Positions 48,701 through 57,164 of a DNA stretch of 64,000 bases are shown one piece after another; within the stretch, counting starts at the first letter, position 1; every line of letters begins with the position of its first letter. The DNA is from an uncultured virus (IMG/VR IMGVR_UViG_3300050821_024078) (lineage: Duplodnaviria; Heunggongvirae; Uroviricota; Caudoviricetes), in the IMG/VR virus record IMGVR_UViG_3300050821_024078; one strand, written 5' to 3'. The notes below the pieces were generated by a model that was given only the letters and a program-made list of their open reading frames with translations, did not search any database and had not been told where the DNA came from. Made by a program: the position numbers and the translations under genes.

Positions 48701-51644
48701 CAACAGCGAAATCAAAAATATTTATAGTCCCAGAAATACTTATTGTTGGTGTAAACGAATCTGTGGTTATGATATTATTTAAAAATACAGCATCGGTATG
48801 ATCGTATTTATAAATAGTATTATTTGTTAAGTAATATAGAATGTCTTGATCAACTTGTATAGATTGTATATTTCTACCATTTGTTCCTGCATCAGGAAGC
48901 ATTTGTTGGACATATTCTTCCATAAGATTGACACGATAAATATTATCATAATTATCTTGTGTTAAGATATAAAGATAAGTGGATGTTTCTACAATTTGTG
49001 TTGGTGTTTGAATTTCTGGAAGTATTGGGTCTGAACCAAGACCACCTACGAATATACCATCTCTGTTTGCTATCTGATCCAATATTTCATAATCTGTATC
49101 TTTAAGGGTCCAGTAAGATGTCAGGTTAGGTCTTAAATTATCCGTTGTAGCGATTGGTGCTCCAGCCCTTGCATTTATTTGAGCTTGGTTTAATACTTTA
49201 TTCCAAATACGAATCTCGGACAGATATCCATTATATAAAGGGTGTGCTAAGAATTCAGATCTACCTAGAACATTTACATTAAATGGTATAGTACTGATAT
49301 CTAAAACAGGTGTTATAACAACTTTATTTTGTATTAGTACCTGGTCAATAAGTGAACCTACTAATTGCCCGTTCAGATAAAATCTTGCTGATACACGACT
49401 TGAAGTATAATCCCAGGTAATTGATATATTATTATTTACTCCTACCGTTAAAACGCTACTAGATACCAAAGAAAGACTTTTTACTGTATTGGAAACTATG
49501 AAAGTAGGAAACCCTCCTTCATTAACAGAGAACATTATATAATTGATCGGTGTTTGTGTTAAGTTAAATAAACTAGATGATCCTATTAATGGTCTTTGTG
49601 AAGGTCTTGCCTCACCAAAATAAAATACATTAGCACTAGCTTTTAAAGTACTTGGGTTAATTGTGAAATCGATGGTAAAACTGGAAAGTCCTACAAAAGG
49701 TGATGTTACTGAATTAGTATTGATACTTGTATCAAAAGAGACATAATCAACTTTACCATCAAAGAATCTTTCAACTGTTGTATCAATTTTTGGTAGTGTT
49801 ATACCATTTGTACCAGAAACTTGAGAACCTTTTAAGTAAAGTGTATCATTTATAATCTGCCAGTTACCTTGTAATTGTTTACTTTGTGGATATATTAAAT
49901 AGTCAACATCTTTATAGAATGAAAGGCCAGCACCTACTCTGTAAGCTTCATTAGAATATCTTCTTGGTGAATTATCTGAATCTATCCAGGACAAATATAA
50001 ATTTCCTGAAGTTGAAGAAGAGCCATCAGCATCTAAAGCGAGATGTATAGGATCACCATCTAATATCAGTTCATAGTTAACTGTTGTAAATAATAAATCG
50101 GTAAAATATTGATAAACACCTATTGCTGTGGATAAGAATATAGAAAGATTATTTATACCTTCAAAAGCTTTTACTTCATTTGATAATATATCTGTTAAAA
50201 ATTCTTGTTTTAGAGTATATGTTGAATCATATATCTGAACAGTATTATTACTACTTGTAGAATATTGAGCAAATAATAAAATCAAATAATTTGTTGAAAA
50301 ACAAAAATCAATAACTTCACCAGCGAATATATTTTCTAAATTATAATAATTAAGTATTGGATCATAAGACCATAATTCTGTATTTGGATATACATAATTT
50401 AAAAAATATATTTTACCATTTTTTTCTACAAGTCTGCTTTTAGCATTGAATAAAGGAACTATTTGTTGAATTGAATCTCCGGAAGTTCCTGAGGTCCCAG
50501 AAGTGCTACTTGTAGAAGCTGTTCCTGAAGTATTGCTTAATAAAGTTAAATTAAGTAAATATTTTCCGTTAGAACTTATTTGATAACTATCACCATCAAC
50601 AGTTATAATATCTGTAAAATTAGCATCTATTATAGGATCTTCTTCAGTATAATAGAATCCGGCTCTGTTTTCATTATCTTGAAGTAGTTTATAACTTATT
50701 TTATTTCTTATCAGAAGATTTTTACCGGTCTCAAAATATTTAGGGTCATTTAAACCTGGGAATGTACCATCAGGATTTCTTGAAAGAAAATATTCGAATG
50801 ATTTGTAAACAAGTCCTTCTTTAACAAAGATTGTGAGTAGATTTAAATCGGCTGCTGTTTCTACCCAGTCAACTTTAGTTAAAGTTTGATTTGCGTAGGT
50901 ATAAGGACCATTTTCTACTGGATTGTCTTGATTAATTAAGAAGACTATTTGATCCTCAAAAAGCTGTACACCATCTACAGTTAAAGATTGATATAATTGT
51001 GTAATATCTAAGTTTGTATCACTAACATAGTCAACAAGGTTAAAATTAGATAGAAGTTTGTTTATGGTAATATCAGCAGTAAAATAGTTTGGTACACTAT
51101 ATCCAAGTTGTTCAAAGTTTGGATTAAATACACCATAAACATCATCTTTAGTAAAATCAGCATTAAGAATGTATTGTGAATATAAAGGTAATCCAGATGT
51201 TCCGGAAGTACCTGAAAATAGAATTTGTTGGAATTCGTCGTAGGCACCATCAAGTCGAAACAAATTGGAATTGGCTGCTATAGCCATACCATTAGCAATA
51301 GCATATCTTATATTGTAATTGATATAATCAACCTTTTGTACAGGATCTTGAATATCAGATAATATTTGATCTCTGTTGTAAAGTATACTTAAGTTGTATA
51401 ATTTCCCTGCCTCCAGACTTATATCATTAATAAATATAGAATCTGCTCCTGTAATCCAAAAATAAAAACCATGTTGATAGTGTATCAGATCAAAAAGATC
51501 ATCTAGCTTATGTGTAGTTGTATAGGCAGCTGCACTTGTACATTTAGCATAAGTATAAACTTTATCAAGAGTTTTCAGAAATTCTTCTGTTGTCCATGTT
51601 TGCTCGTATTTACTCCAGAATTTATTTTCTTTATTCCACAACAT
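42756..51644 (-). CDS. Giant (2962 aa) tail-fibre/baseplate-associated protein
   Basis: DGVQL...INQDNPVENGPY fibre motif; two LamG/concanavalin-like domains (YNGYLSEIRIWNKVL; GALYELKVWN); YCF48/BNR-like propeller (GWIIGKSGLIIKTEDYGVTW); W-x-x-G-x pentapeptide repeats; SGTSG linkers. Confidence 0.75.
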   Translation of the reverse strand: MLWNKENKFWSKYEQTWTTEEFLKTLDKVYTYAKCTSAAAYTTTHKLDDLFDLIHYQHGFYFWITGADSIFINDISLEAGKLYNLSILYNRDQILSDIQDPVQKVDYINYNIRYAIANGMAIAANSNLFRLDGAYDEFQQILFSGTSGTSGLPLYSQYILNADFTKDDVYGVFNPNFEQLGYSVPNYFTADITINKLLSNFNLVDYVSDTNLDITQLYQSLTVDGVQLFEDQIVFLINQDNPVENGPYTYANQTLTKVDWVETAADLNLLTIFVKEGLVYKSFEYFLSRNPDGTFPGLNDPKYFETGKNLLIRNKISYKLLQDNENRAGFYYTEEDPIIDANFTDIITVDGDSYQISSNGKYLLNLTLLSNTSGTASTSSTSGTSGTSGDSIQQIVPLFNAKSRLVEKNGKIYFLNYVYPNTELWSYDPILNYYNLENIFAGEVIDFCFSTNYLILLFAQYSTSSNNTVQIYDSTYTLKQEFLTDILSNEVKAFEGINNLSIFLSTAIGVYQYFTDLLFTTVNYELILDGDPIHLALDADGSSSTSGNLYLSWIDSDNSPRRYSNEAYRVGAGLSFYKDVDYLIYPQSKQLQGNWQIINDTLYLKGSQVSGTNGITLPKIDTTVERFFDGKVDYVSFDTSINTNSVTSPFVGLSSFTIDFTINPSTLKASANVFYFGEARPSQRPLIGSSSLFNLTQTPINYIMFSVNEGGFPTFIVSNTVKSLSLVSSSVLTVGVNNNISITWDYTSSRVSARFYLNGQLVGSLIDQVLIQNKVVITPVLDISTIPFNVNVLGRSEFLAHPLYNGYLSEIRIWNKVLNQAQINARAGAPIATTDNLRPNLTSYWTLKDTDYEILDQIANRDGIFVGGLGSDPILPEIQTPTQIVETSTYLYILTQDNYDNIYRVNLMEEYVQQMLPDAGTNGRNIQSIQVDQDILYYLTNNTIYKYDHTDAVFLNNIITTDSFTPTISISGTINIFDFAVDETHIYYVIGNDILRDNESILNQTTLTNGISWGTNGVAAMYISNQDINGDSISDFINVYIEDNSNELHILSSPYNAAGIQIPSAAYTGLSYKGFYPMFEHSNSDIKTWTVGSNTISLRLVNSIKELYINNIELDSAGEYFNFNSSIQDITIVGTRIIVISKVNNGTTAELWSYDLNTGLYQLFKCGNSSVEHLLTTNATTIAVDYFSYNSKDYLILGDASRVTMLSFGIRTFSDKVTFSNITKYPITEIKSVDPFKCDVVSTDTTGLKYFNILNLNDISLWQDVLTYNETTKGWWVADFGVAYSHFSDNYGTSGDLTLLNTVVREDFINTTFDVSKTFNDNNYIVPNLSGTGWIIGKSGLIIKTEDYGVTWEVLVTTTPDDLNDVSFFDINQGMIVGKNGIILYTFNGGTLWEVLNLPQVNNKTLFKVLMYQKTRVIITGQGGLILHLTLINNIWTIDNILIPASLASVTGETDTRIHVLYQDTIENTTITTDIIDVKLFEDNFYFASNNFLIQLNITYQNNLISFSNINYVLPDSLDNIDIIRDPVTQETSLIALTATGNIITASLERISPTINTNIYPIVNTATRTAITTYPNLASNGSFYNNNRLYRFDKEIYSTELFTGSGDTWVRNDLNFQEIDPTTELHFKPRLLFLDYYLGRKINIQLSEGEFIIPTGTFDKTLLDCYKMLPGDFIEFSEYGTVKNQRNYLAIQDYYLLNRRIQDGGLNTYGVVETPRKYNKRLTAVSDTSNYSIETFIIPGPPTSGSYASTSSAAEFVSEPAGLVEDIFYENTKVNKIRLYNTPFTAASGDVLRITAITNYWGIDPALKVSLGNVINALDQLVVRYSVIKQNILDGQYVYNIVNQEEIVTISSDGFFSLPGVGLLGQESVGTYGNYIGLTAEQLAQRIITDTLAIISVQSNLVDYSTSVEVFSVEWLIFDETVILRDQYINDLILWEQFSPDMIADIKYPTSVISGQQLGAKIRIKNTNYFSAEGQNLFTLKDTFDNHLLSEAYNLTIDQPGVITISGNVNNTTKYYNLETTVTWTVGVSNYSIPIKYESGNVYGPTYEIMNILENLDPIFTYDYEIDMPSQVFNIDGFPTNEFTLTDNIFYATKNFSDPTDLTSNYYLLDSFLPGTFVDITKGNTTIKRCYIIKKTYETNFLGNARVLLYVDRNLNILINETTTQVSIRSRNKLIEISKDLEFTDDISFPTPATDGLFGTNGVIESPFNKAVYNFTKTSGVYANYLLNDDNIKKNISAIVRIDEAGDVVMNVIDWLDDPNFAYRPVDAFEMGRDFQPKKGITVRPYNYHLQSDWFQLTGLDFTNYTFTLTDGLTLQSLTTKYPWILNAEVDNAIIGEDSTGLIWYQGSWFDGIWSGSKWYSGTWYSGTWTQGDWYSYQVQDLLNIYVATDTNDNTLSTWLGGTFQSDTVHSVWHNGQWFGGSFENSIWTSGQWFGGSFENSIWTSGNFMGGSFINSTFQNGVFSSSNLPSTWFSGIWIGGDFGNGTWLNGLWSQTSSVPSRFGTATSPILKATWEAGLFSGGFVFDGINQDSNGNYLPSTRYKYTTFKNVLFTGGDWYGGTLSGASTWTNATWHFGLFESSLNIKAIYRLDDDHIRLDFTQPHGFKDFLDPTIQNTITIIGEPNTSFGFITNSAKFFGYNSEPASHIILDSSNPDYIIIANENNYGDRLLSETSLLLNPNYNLHNYFDTHLTNFNLSDHSVQFWFSVEDIQTKNLINHPELNLSLDGNEITYTVSGSELSLNINLGEYNYITAQTYNGVQELWKNNVLVSTSSGVYTNGTSGTISNIDIDNVEGALYELKVWNGGLNGREIEDSMSNYQLYSTSGITTYYNEGTAGTNGGSYLLAYYPLLAGTSGLVSTYDVISNSFRGYVNIYDLSNSTSGTSGTSGNDCYDYTLPVALISILPNTTGTDSDYINGPNVVSVFRNGQFFNGIMKDSLVLNAVFTGGIAINTIWDSGQFGDT
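44307..44396 (-). repeat. Exact 45-nt tandem duplication inside the pentapeptide-repeat region
   Basis: acctgaagtccatatactattttcgaagcttccaccaaaccactg x2 (QWFGGSFENSIWTSG x2). Confidence 0.95.
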
Positions 51645-51652
51645 TTAATTTA

Positions 51653-51886
51653 TTATCTTTTTATATTTATGATCCATAGCATTTTCTTCTTATGAAAGAA
51701 AAACTCTTCATCTATAACCGTTATTTTTGCTTCTTCAAGCCAGGTTAAAATAGTTATAGTAAAATCCTCGAATTTATATGGATTATTAAGATACTCATTC
51801 AAATTCACTTCAAATTTCGTCTCATTACTAAAGAGAATATTGTACATCAGAGTTTCTTCTTTAGTCAAATCGTTTTTATTATACAA
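51653..51886 (-). CDS. Small hypothetical protein
   Basis: ORF upstream of the giant gene, after an ATATATA motif; start uncertain. Confidence 0.45.
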   Translation of the reverse strand: MYNKNDLTKEETLMYNILFSNETKFEVNLNEYLNNPYKFEDFTITILTWLEEAKITVIDEEFFFHKKKMLWIINIKR

Positions 51887-51937
51887 AATTTTCTTTCTAT
51901 TTCCCTTTATATATCAATAACCTGACCCAAAGGGTAC

Positions 51938-52717
51938 TTATATTTTGTATCTTTTCATGATTTCTATAAGGAATTTATCTCTTACGATCTCATCTTCGGT
52001 AAATTCTATAAAAGCTATGCCTGGAATATCTTGAAATCTTTCGAACGCATCATCTAAACCATTTTTTTCACCCCTTGCAAGTTTAATATCTATTTGATCT
52101 GAACAGCCGAGGATGATAAGCTTAGAGAATTCACCTAACCTGGATATGAAAGTCATCATTTCACCTTGGGTTGTATTCTGTGCTTCATCAAGTATGGCTA
52201 TATTACCGATTGGATTACCTTCAGAATCATAATCACCGAAAGTTTCACCTCTCAAAAAATTTATTAGTTGATCCTCTATTACACAATTTACTTTCAGAAA
52301 ATTTACTGTTGGGGCACCGATTATTTTATTTAGATTGCTATAAAAGGAAGAGAAGTGTGGTAAAATCTTATCCTCAAGGGTACCTTTCAAGAAACCAGTG
52401 TTGGCCTGGTTACTGGCCGATTGTATATAGGGTTTAGATAGTATAATCTTTCCTATATTATGTTTTTTATCTCGTAAACATTCTAAAGCAGCAAACAATG
52501 ATACTATTGTTTTTCCAGTACCAGCTGCACCCCTTACAAACACTATTCTATTTTCTAATATGAAATCAATTAATTGTTTTTGTTTTTGATTTTTACATTT
52601 CATCTTCAAACTATAATTGATAACTAGAGGAGTTTTATTTTTAGAATTACCTTTTTCAAATGGTGTATTCTCATTTTCATCTCTATTAGATTTAGTGTTC
52701 GTTGCTTTTTTTCTCAT
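51938..52717 (-). CDS. phoH: PhoH-family ATPase
   Basis: GAAGTGKT, GFLKGTLEDK, FLRGETF, ILDEAQN, SRLG..SKLIILG..DQ, IVR. Confidence 0.95.
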   Translation of the reverse strand: MRKKATNTKSNRDENENTPFEKGNSKNKTPLVINYSLKMKCKNQKQKQLIDFILENRIVFVRGAAGTGKTIVSLFAALECLRDKKHNIGKIILSKPYIQSASNQANTGFLKGTLEDKILPHFSSFYSNLNKIIGAPTVNFLKVNCVIEDQLINFLRGETFGDYDSEGNPIGNIAILDEAQNTTQGEMMTFISRLGEFSKLIILGCSDQIDIKLARGEKNGLDDAFERFQDIPGIAFIEFTEDEIVRDKFLIEIMKRYKI

Positions 52718-52827
52718 ATGCAGAATCTGTATTTTTTATTTATATATCCCATAGATATTTCATACAAATTTGAGTATAAGATTATAGCATTGGGTTTCTA
52801 TATATACTTCAAAAGAGAAATTATAGG

Positions 52828-54192
52828 ATGAAATGGTGTATAGAAGAGATTAATATCTTAAAAAAATATTATCCAATACTTAATATAAAAAAACTAATAC
52901 TGTTACTTCCTAATAGAAGTATTGCAAGTATTATGATGAAAGCTTCAGGTTTAAAAATAAAAAAAGAAATTATAAGCTCATCTGAGTCACGTATACATAA
53001 TAGATGGGAAGTTACAGAAATTGAATTATTAAAAAGAATATATGATAACAACAATGATAAACTATCATCATATTTTCCTAAAAGAACAATTCGTAGCATA
53101 TTAGGCAAGTGTCATGGGTTAGGTTTAAAAAGAAGTATAGAAATAAAAGATAAAAAACACGAAAATTATAAATATACTTTAAATAGAAAACATGTTGTTT
53201 GGTCAGATAAAGATATTAAAAGACTCATTGATATTAACAATGAAAAAACAAATAATGAGTTAGCTGAAATATTTAATGTTGGTACATCAACTATACTTAG
53301 TTTACAATTAAAATTAAATCTTAAAAAGGATTCTACTACAAGAAGTAGAGCTTTAACTAAAAGAAATAAAAAAATGGGTAGGGATCTATCTTTTGATAAT
53401 TTAAAGACTATAGCATCAAAATTTAACAGTAGAGGTGAATTTCAATTTCACGATTCATCAGCTTATTCATCAGCTAGACAAAATGGTTGGTTAGAAGAAA
53501 TATGTTCTCATATGTATCCACATAAATATAGCATACCACAATTAATATGTAAGTTGCTATTTGATCAAATTTTTGAACTTGATGGTGATTATAATACTAG
53601 AAAGATTATTAAACCTTATGAATTAGATATTTATTATAAAGAATATAATTTGGCTATAGAATACAATGGTAAAGCTTGGCATAAAGATGATTCAAAGGAT
53701 ATACAAAAGAAAAATATTTGTGAGCAGAATGGTATAACTTTAATTACTATAGTTGAACATAATCGAAAATACGAAGAAGATATTAAGAACCAAGTTTTAG
53801 AAAATTTAGATTTGATCAAAAAAATTACGGGAAAGGACATAACAAAGGAATTTATTTTGAGTCTTAAGTGTGAATATTCACATTTGATCTTTAATGTTGA
53901 AGACATTAAGTCAATATGCTCTAAATACGATAATTATACTTTATGGAAAAAGGAAAATATGACATTATATGTAAGATTATGTAAAGCAAAAAGACTTGAT
54001 GAGTTTACTGGTCATCTAAAAAGAGATATAGTATACTGGACAAAAGAAAAAATAGAGATTGAGTTCAAAAAATATGAAACTTTGAAAGATTTTTATGAAA
54101 AATCGAAAGGTTGTTATATTTACTGTAGAAGAAACAAAATAAATATACCATTTTTACCTAAACGTAGAAATAGTTCCAATTTGATTCGATAA
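52828..54192 (+). CDS. Homing-endonuclease-like protein (HTH repeats + Vsr/DUF559-like nuclease)
   Basis: W..EE..LK..Y repeats; YELDIYYKEYNLAIEYNGKAWH; EICSHM-type repeats. Confidence 0.72.
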   Translation: MKWCIEEINILKKYYPILNIKKLILLLPNRSIASIMMKASGLKIKKEIISSSESRIHNRWEVTEIELLKRIYDNNNDKLSSYFPKRTIRSILGKCHGLGLKRSIEIKDKKHENYKYTLNRKHVVWSDKDIKRLIDINNEKTNNELAEIFNVGTSTILSLQLKLNLKKDSTTRSRALTKRNKKMGRDLSFDNLKTIASKFNSRGEFQFHDSSAYSSARQNGWLEEICSHMYPHKYSIPQLICKLLFDQIFELDGDYNTRKIIKPYELDIYYKEYNLAIEYNGKAWHKDDSKDIQKKNICEQNGITLITIVEHNRKYEEDIKNQVLENLDLIKKITGKDITKEFILSLKCEYSHLIFNVEDIKSICSKYDNYTLWKKENMTLYVRLCKAKRLDEFTGHLKRDIVYWTKEKIEIEFKKYETLKDFYEKSKGCYIYCRRNKINIPFLPKRRNSSNLIR

Positions 54193-54232
54193 AAGTATAT
54201 AAAAACTTTACCTGATAATTCATATATAACTT

Positions 54233-55792
54233 TTGATGAAGTTATCATTCTTAAAGGACAAAGAAATTTTCAAGATAGTTGATGCTGAAAGGCAAGAATT
54301 CAATTTACTGAAAGATCATTTCACTCGACATGTAGAAGGTTATTATCACAAAAGCAGCTATAAGTATGGTGGTTGGGATGGTAAACGTTCTTATTTTGAG
54401 AGAGGTGAAATACCTATGGGTCTATGGAAAGAGCTCTATGGTGTTTGTCAAAACAGAGGTTTCGAATTAGAAATTGAAAACAGAAAAGAATTTCCTTTTG
54501 ATAGAAAAATAAAAGAAGAAGACGTTAATAATTTTTGTGATGCTTTTTATAAAGGTTACACAACTAAAGATGGTGATGTGTTTAACCCTTATGATCATCA
54601 AAGAGTAGGTGTATTTAAAATACTTCAGAACAGGTATTGTTTAATTGAGGTTGCTACATCCGGTGGTAAATCTTTAATATTTGGTACAACAGCTTTCTAC
54701 ATTAGAAAGATGATTAATCCAGAAGCTAAGTTTTTATTGATAGTGCCTACTAAAACATTAGTGAAACAATTTTATAATGACTTAATCGGATACAATACTA
54801 ATTTTGATAAATCTGAGCCACAATTAGATATTTGTATTCAAGAAATGATGTCTGGTAAACCTAGAATATCACACGAAGGAAGAAGCCCTGATATAATTGT
54901 TTCTACGTATCATAGTTTAGCTAAAAAAACACCAGAATTCTTCAAACAGTTTTATTGTGTTGTTTCAGATGAGGCTCATACGGCAGATGCTGTTACAGTA
55001 AAAAATGAATTAGAAGCAACCAGAGGTAGTGCTCATATCCGTTATGGTATGACCGGGACATTACCAGCCGAAGATACTTATGAGTTTTTAAGTTTGCAGG
55101 CTTTAATGGGACCACTGGTTCATGTTGTACCAGCATCAGAACTTATAGAGAAAGGTATTATTACACCTATGCACATCAAAATATTGACTATGGTGCATAA
55201 TGATAAGGAATTTGGTGATAATCTTAAGATCATAAGAAAGTCTGGCCGAGGTAGAGAATGTTATGAACTAGAGAAGAAATATACTCAAGAGAGTAAACTA
55301 AGAACTGATTTTATATTTAAGTTCCTTAATGGTATGAAGAAAAATACCTTAGTATTATTTGTTAATATATCTTACGGTAAGAGTCTTTATAAAAAAGGTA
55401 AAGACAATATTGTTGGTAAGGATTTCTATTACATTGATGGTACAATATCTGGTGATCGCCGGCAGTATATTATTGAGCAGATGAATATTACAGATGGTAA
55501 TCCTAAGATATTGATTGCCTCTTATAAAACGTTATCAACCGGTGTTAGTATTAATGCTCTTTTTAATATATTACTTGTGGACTCTACAAAAAGTGAATTT
55601 ACAATTATACAGTCTATAGGTAGAATGCTTAGAAAGCATAAAGAGAAAAACAAAGCCTATATTTTTGAAATGACTGATATTTATGAGGATATACCTAAAC
55701 CACAAAATATTTTGTATAAACACTCCCTAGAGAGACGTGGTCATTATGATAAAAGACAGTATCCATGGGAGGAAATACGTATTAATCTTTAA
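54233..55792 (+). CDS. uvsW: SF2 DNA helicase, T4 UvsW-like
   Basis: GWDGK, ATSGGKS, IVPT, DEAH, GMTGT, STGVSI, QSIGRMLR. Confidence 0.88.
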   Translation: MMKLSFLKDKEIFKIVDAERQEFNLLKDHFTRHVEGYYHKSSYKYGGWDGKRSYFERGEIPMGLWKELYGVCQNRGFELEIENRKEFPFDRKIKEEDVNNFCDAFYKGYTTKDGDVFNPYDHQRVGVFKILQNRYCLIEVATSGGKSLIFGTTAFYIRKMINPEAKFLLIVPTKTLVKQFYNDLIGYNTNFDKSEPQLDICIQEMMSGKPRISHEGRSPDIIVSTYHSLAKKTPEFFKQFYCVVSDEAHTADAVTVKNELEATRGSAHIRYGMTGTLPAEDTYEFLSLQALMGPLVHVVPASELIEKGIITPMHIKILTMVHNDKEFGDNLKIIRKSGRGRECYELEKKYTQESKLRTDFIFKFLNGMKKNTLVLFVNISYGKSLYKKGKDNIVGKDFYYIDGTISGDRRQYIIEQMNITDGNPKILIASYKTLSTGVSINALFNILLVDSTKSEFTIIQSIGRMLRKHKEKNKAYIFEMTDIYEDIPKPQNILYKHSLERRGHYDKRQYPWEEIRINL

Positions 55793-55841
55793 AGTGGTCA
55801 AATCTCCACATGGTAGTTTTTATTAAAAACCAAACGTTATA

Positions 55842-56240
55842 TTATACAATAATTTTATTATTTAGGATAGCCTTTAATAATTCAATAAGTTCTTTTTCCT
55901 TTGAAATAGTCTTAATGAATATACCATCTTCTTCGGTAGTTTTATCAAAAAATTCAACATTATAGTCTTTATTGTTTGTACATTTAACGAGAACTATTTG
56001 GAAGTTGGCTGAATCTAAAATAAAATTACCTATTCTCCTATATACCGGCTTTTTAACAAAACCATATTTACTTAAATTGATAGCACTAATTAGAATATCA
56101 GTAGTACAAACTGATTTCTTAACAATTTTACTTTCAGTTCCAGCTCTTATTTTACTCTTTAGAATAGCTTCATTCAAAGCTTTCCTTGCAGACTTTTTAG
56201 CTTTTTTCTTTGGTTTTATTTTAGCTTTCTTCTTTTGCAT
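55842..56240 (-). CDS. Basic hypothetical protein
   Basis: Lys-rich N-terminus; operon-packed. Confidence 0.65.
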   Translation of the reverse strand: MQKKKAKIKPKKKAKKSARKALNEAILKSKIRAGTESKIVKKSVCTTDILISAINLSKYGFVKKPVYRRIGNFILDSANFQIVLVKCTNNKDYNVEFFDKTTEEDGIFIKTISKEKELIELLKAILNNKIIV

Positions 56241-56242
56241 AA

Positions 56243-56671
56243 TTATGCTGTGAGTAGAGGAATTTTTGATATTGTTTCATTTATGCTTAACCAATCTTCA
56301 TCACCACTAAAGCCAGCTTTGTCTTCGAGAAGTATATTAAAATAAGGTTTAGCTTGAAAATATCCATGTTTATTGTTGGCTGCTTCTGGATTCTCGTTAG
56401 CATAATGAAAATGTATATCATGTCCTTTAAAGAATTCGATATAAGCTTTTATTTCATCCGGATAACTGCAAGTATACAAAATTAAACAAACATCTGGTCT
56501 ATTTGATAACATTTGTAATGTTTCTTTAGCCATTGGGTAAAATTCTTTATCAGAATCTTTTTTGTAATCAGATTTAAGCATGGTACCATGAATATCAATG
56601 GCCCAGTAAGCTTTATCCCATCCACGTTCTCTTGCCAATCTATAGGCATTTTCAATATTAAAACAGTTCAT
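56243..56671 (-). CDS. HAD-superfamily-like hydrolase
   Basis: WAIDIHGT, LILYTC, NENPE, KPYFNILLEDKAGF. Confidence 0.75.
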   Translation of the reverse strand: MNCFNIENAYRLARERGWDKAYWAIDIHGTMLKSDYKKDSDKEFYPMAKETLQMLSNRPDVCLILYTCSYPDEIKAYIEFFKGHDIHFHYANENPEAANNKHGYFQAKPYFNILLEDKAGFSGDEDWLSINETISKIPLLTA

Positions 56672-56704
56672 TATTTCTTAAATTTTAAAAATATAACTTT
56701 CCCT

Positions 56705-56740
56705 TAAAAAAGAAGTGTTTCTTCAGTAAGAAACACTTCT
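56705..56740 (-). terminator. Rho-independent terminator
   Basis: Perfect 13-bp stem AGAAGTGTTTCTT-cagt-AAGAAACACTTCT with a T-run on the minus strand. Confidence 0.8.
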
Positions 56741-56748
56741 AAATTTTA

Positions 56749-57147
56749 TTAGTTAACTGATTCGCTTTCTAATTCTTCGATTTGTTTTCTGATATCATCT
56801 GCTGATGATCCTTCTAGTTGTTGAATTTCTTTTCTTTCAAGAAGATCTTTCAAGAATTTTAATCTATTTTGTTTTTCAGCTCTTACTTTAGCTTCAGCTT
56901 TTTCAGCTAATCTAACAGAAATCACATATTTTATGATTTCTAATTTCAACTCAAGAGTTGTATTAGTTGTACTTTTCTTAGCGATGAAACTTTCTTCTGT
57001 ACTTTCTTTCAGTTCTTTATTGACAGATTTTGCCAATGTATCCAAACTATCTAAGGCTAAGTCCCATAACTCTTCATCAGATATTTTACCTTTTTCGGTA
57101 TCAAATCTTAATTTACCTCTTGAGGATTTTTCAAATAAGTCTTGCAT
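56749..57147 (-). CDS. Conserved phage coiled-coil protein (partner of 57165)
   Basis: LFEKSSRGKLRF...G.IS.EELWDL...EESFI...LKLEIIKYVI. Confidence 0.75.
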   Translation of the reverse strand: MQDLFEKSSRGKLRFDTEKGKISDEELWDLALDSLDTLAKSVNKELKESTEESFIAKKSTTNTTLELKLEIIKYVISVRLAEKAEAKVRAEKQNRLKFLKDLLERKEIQQLEGSSADDIRKQIEELESESVN

Positions 57148-57164
57148 AATTGTATTGGTTTATA

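Noticed and set aside
42756..51644. Diversity-generating retroelement target
   Set aside because: No reverse transcriptase and no template/variable repeat pair with adenine-specific mismatches seen in this window
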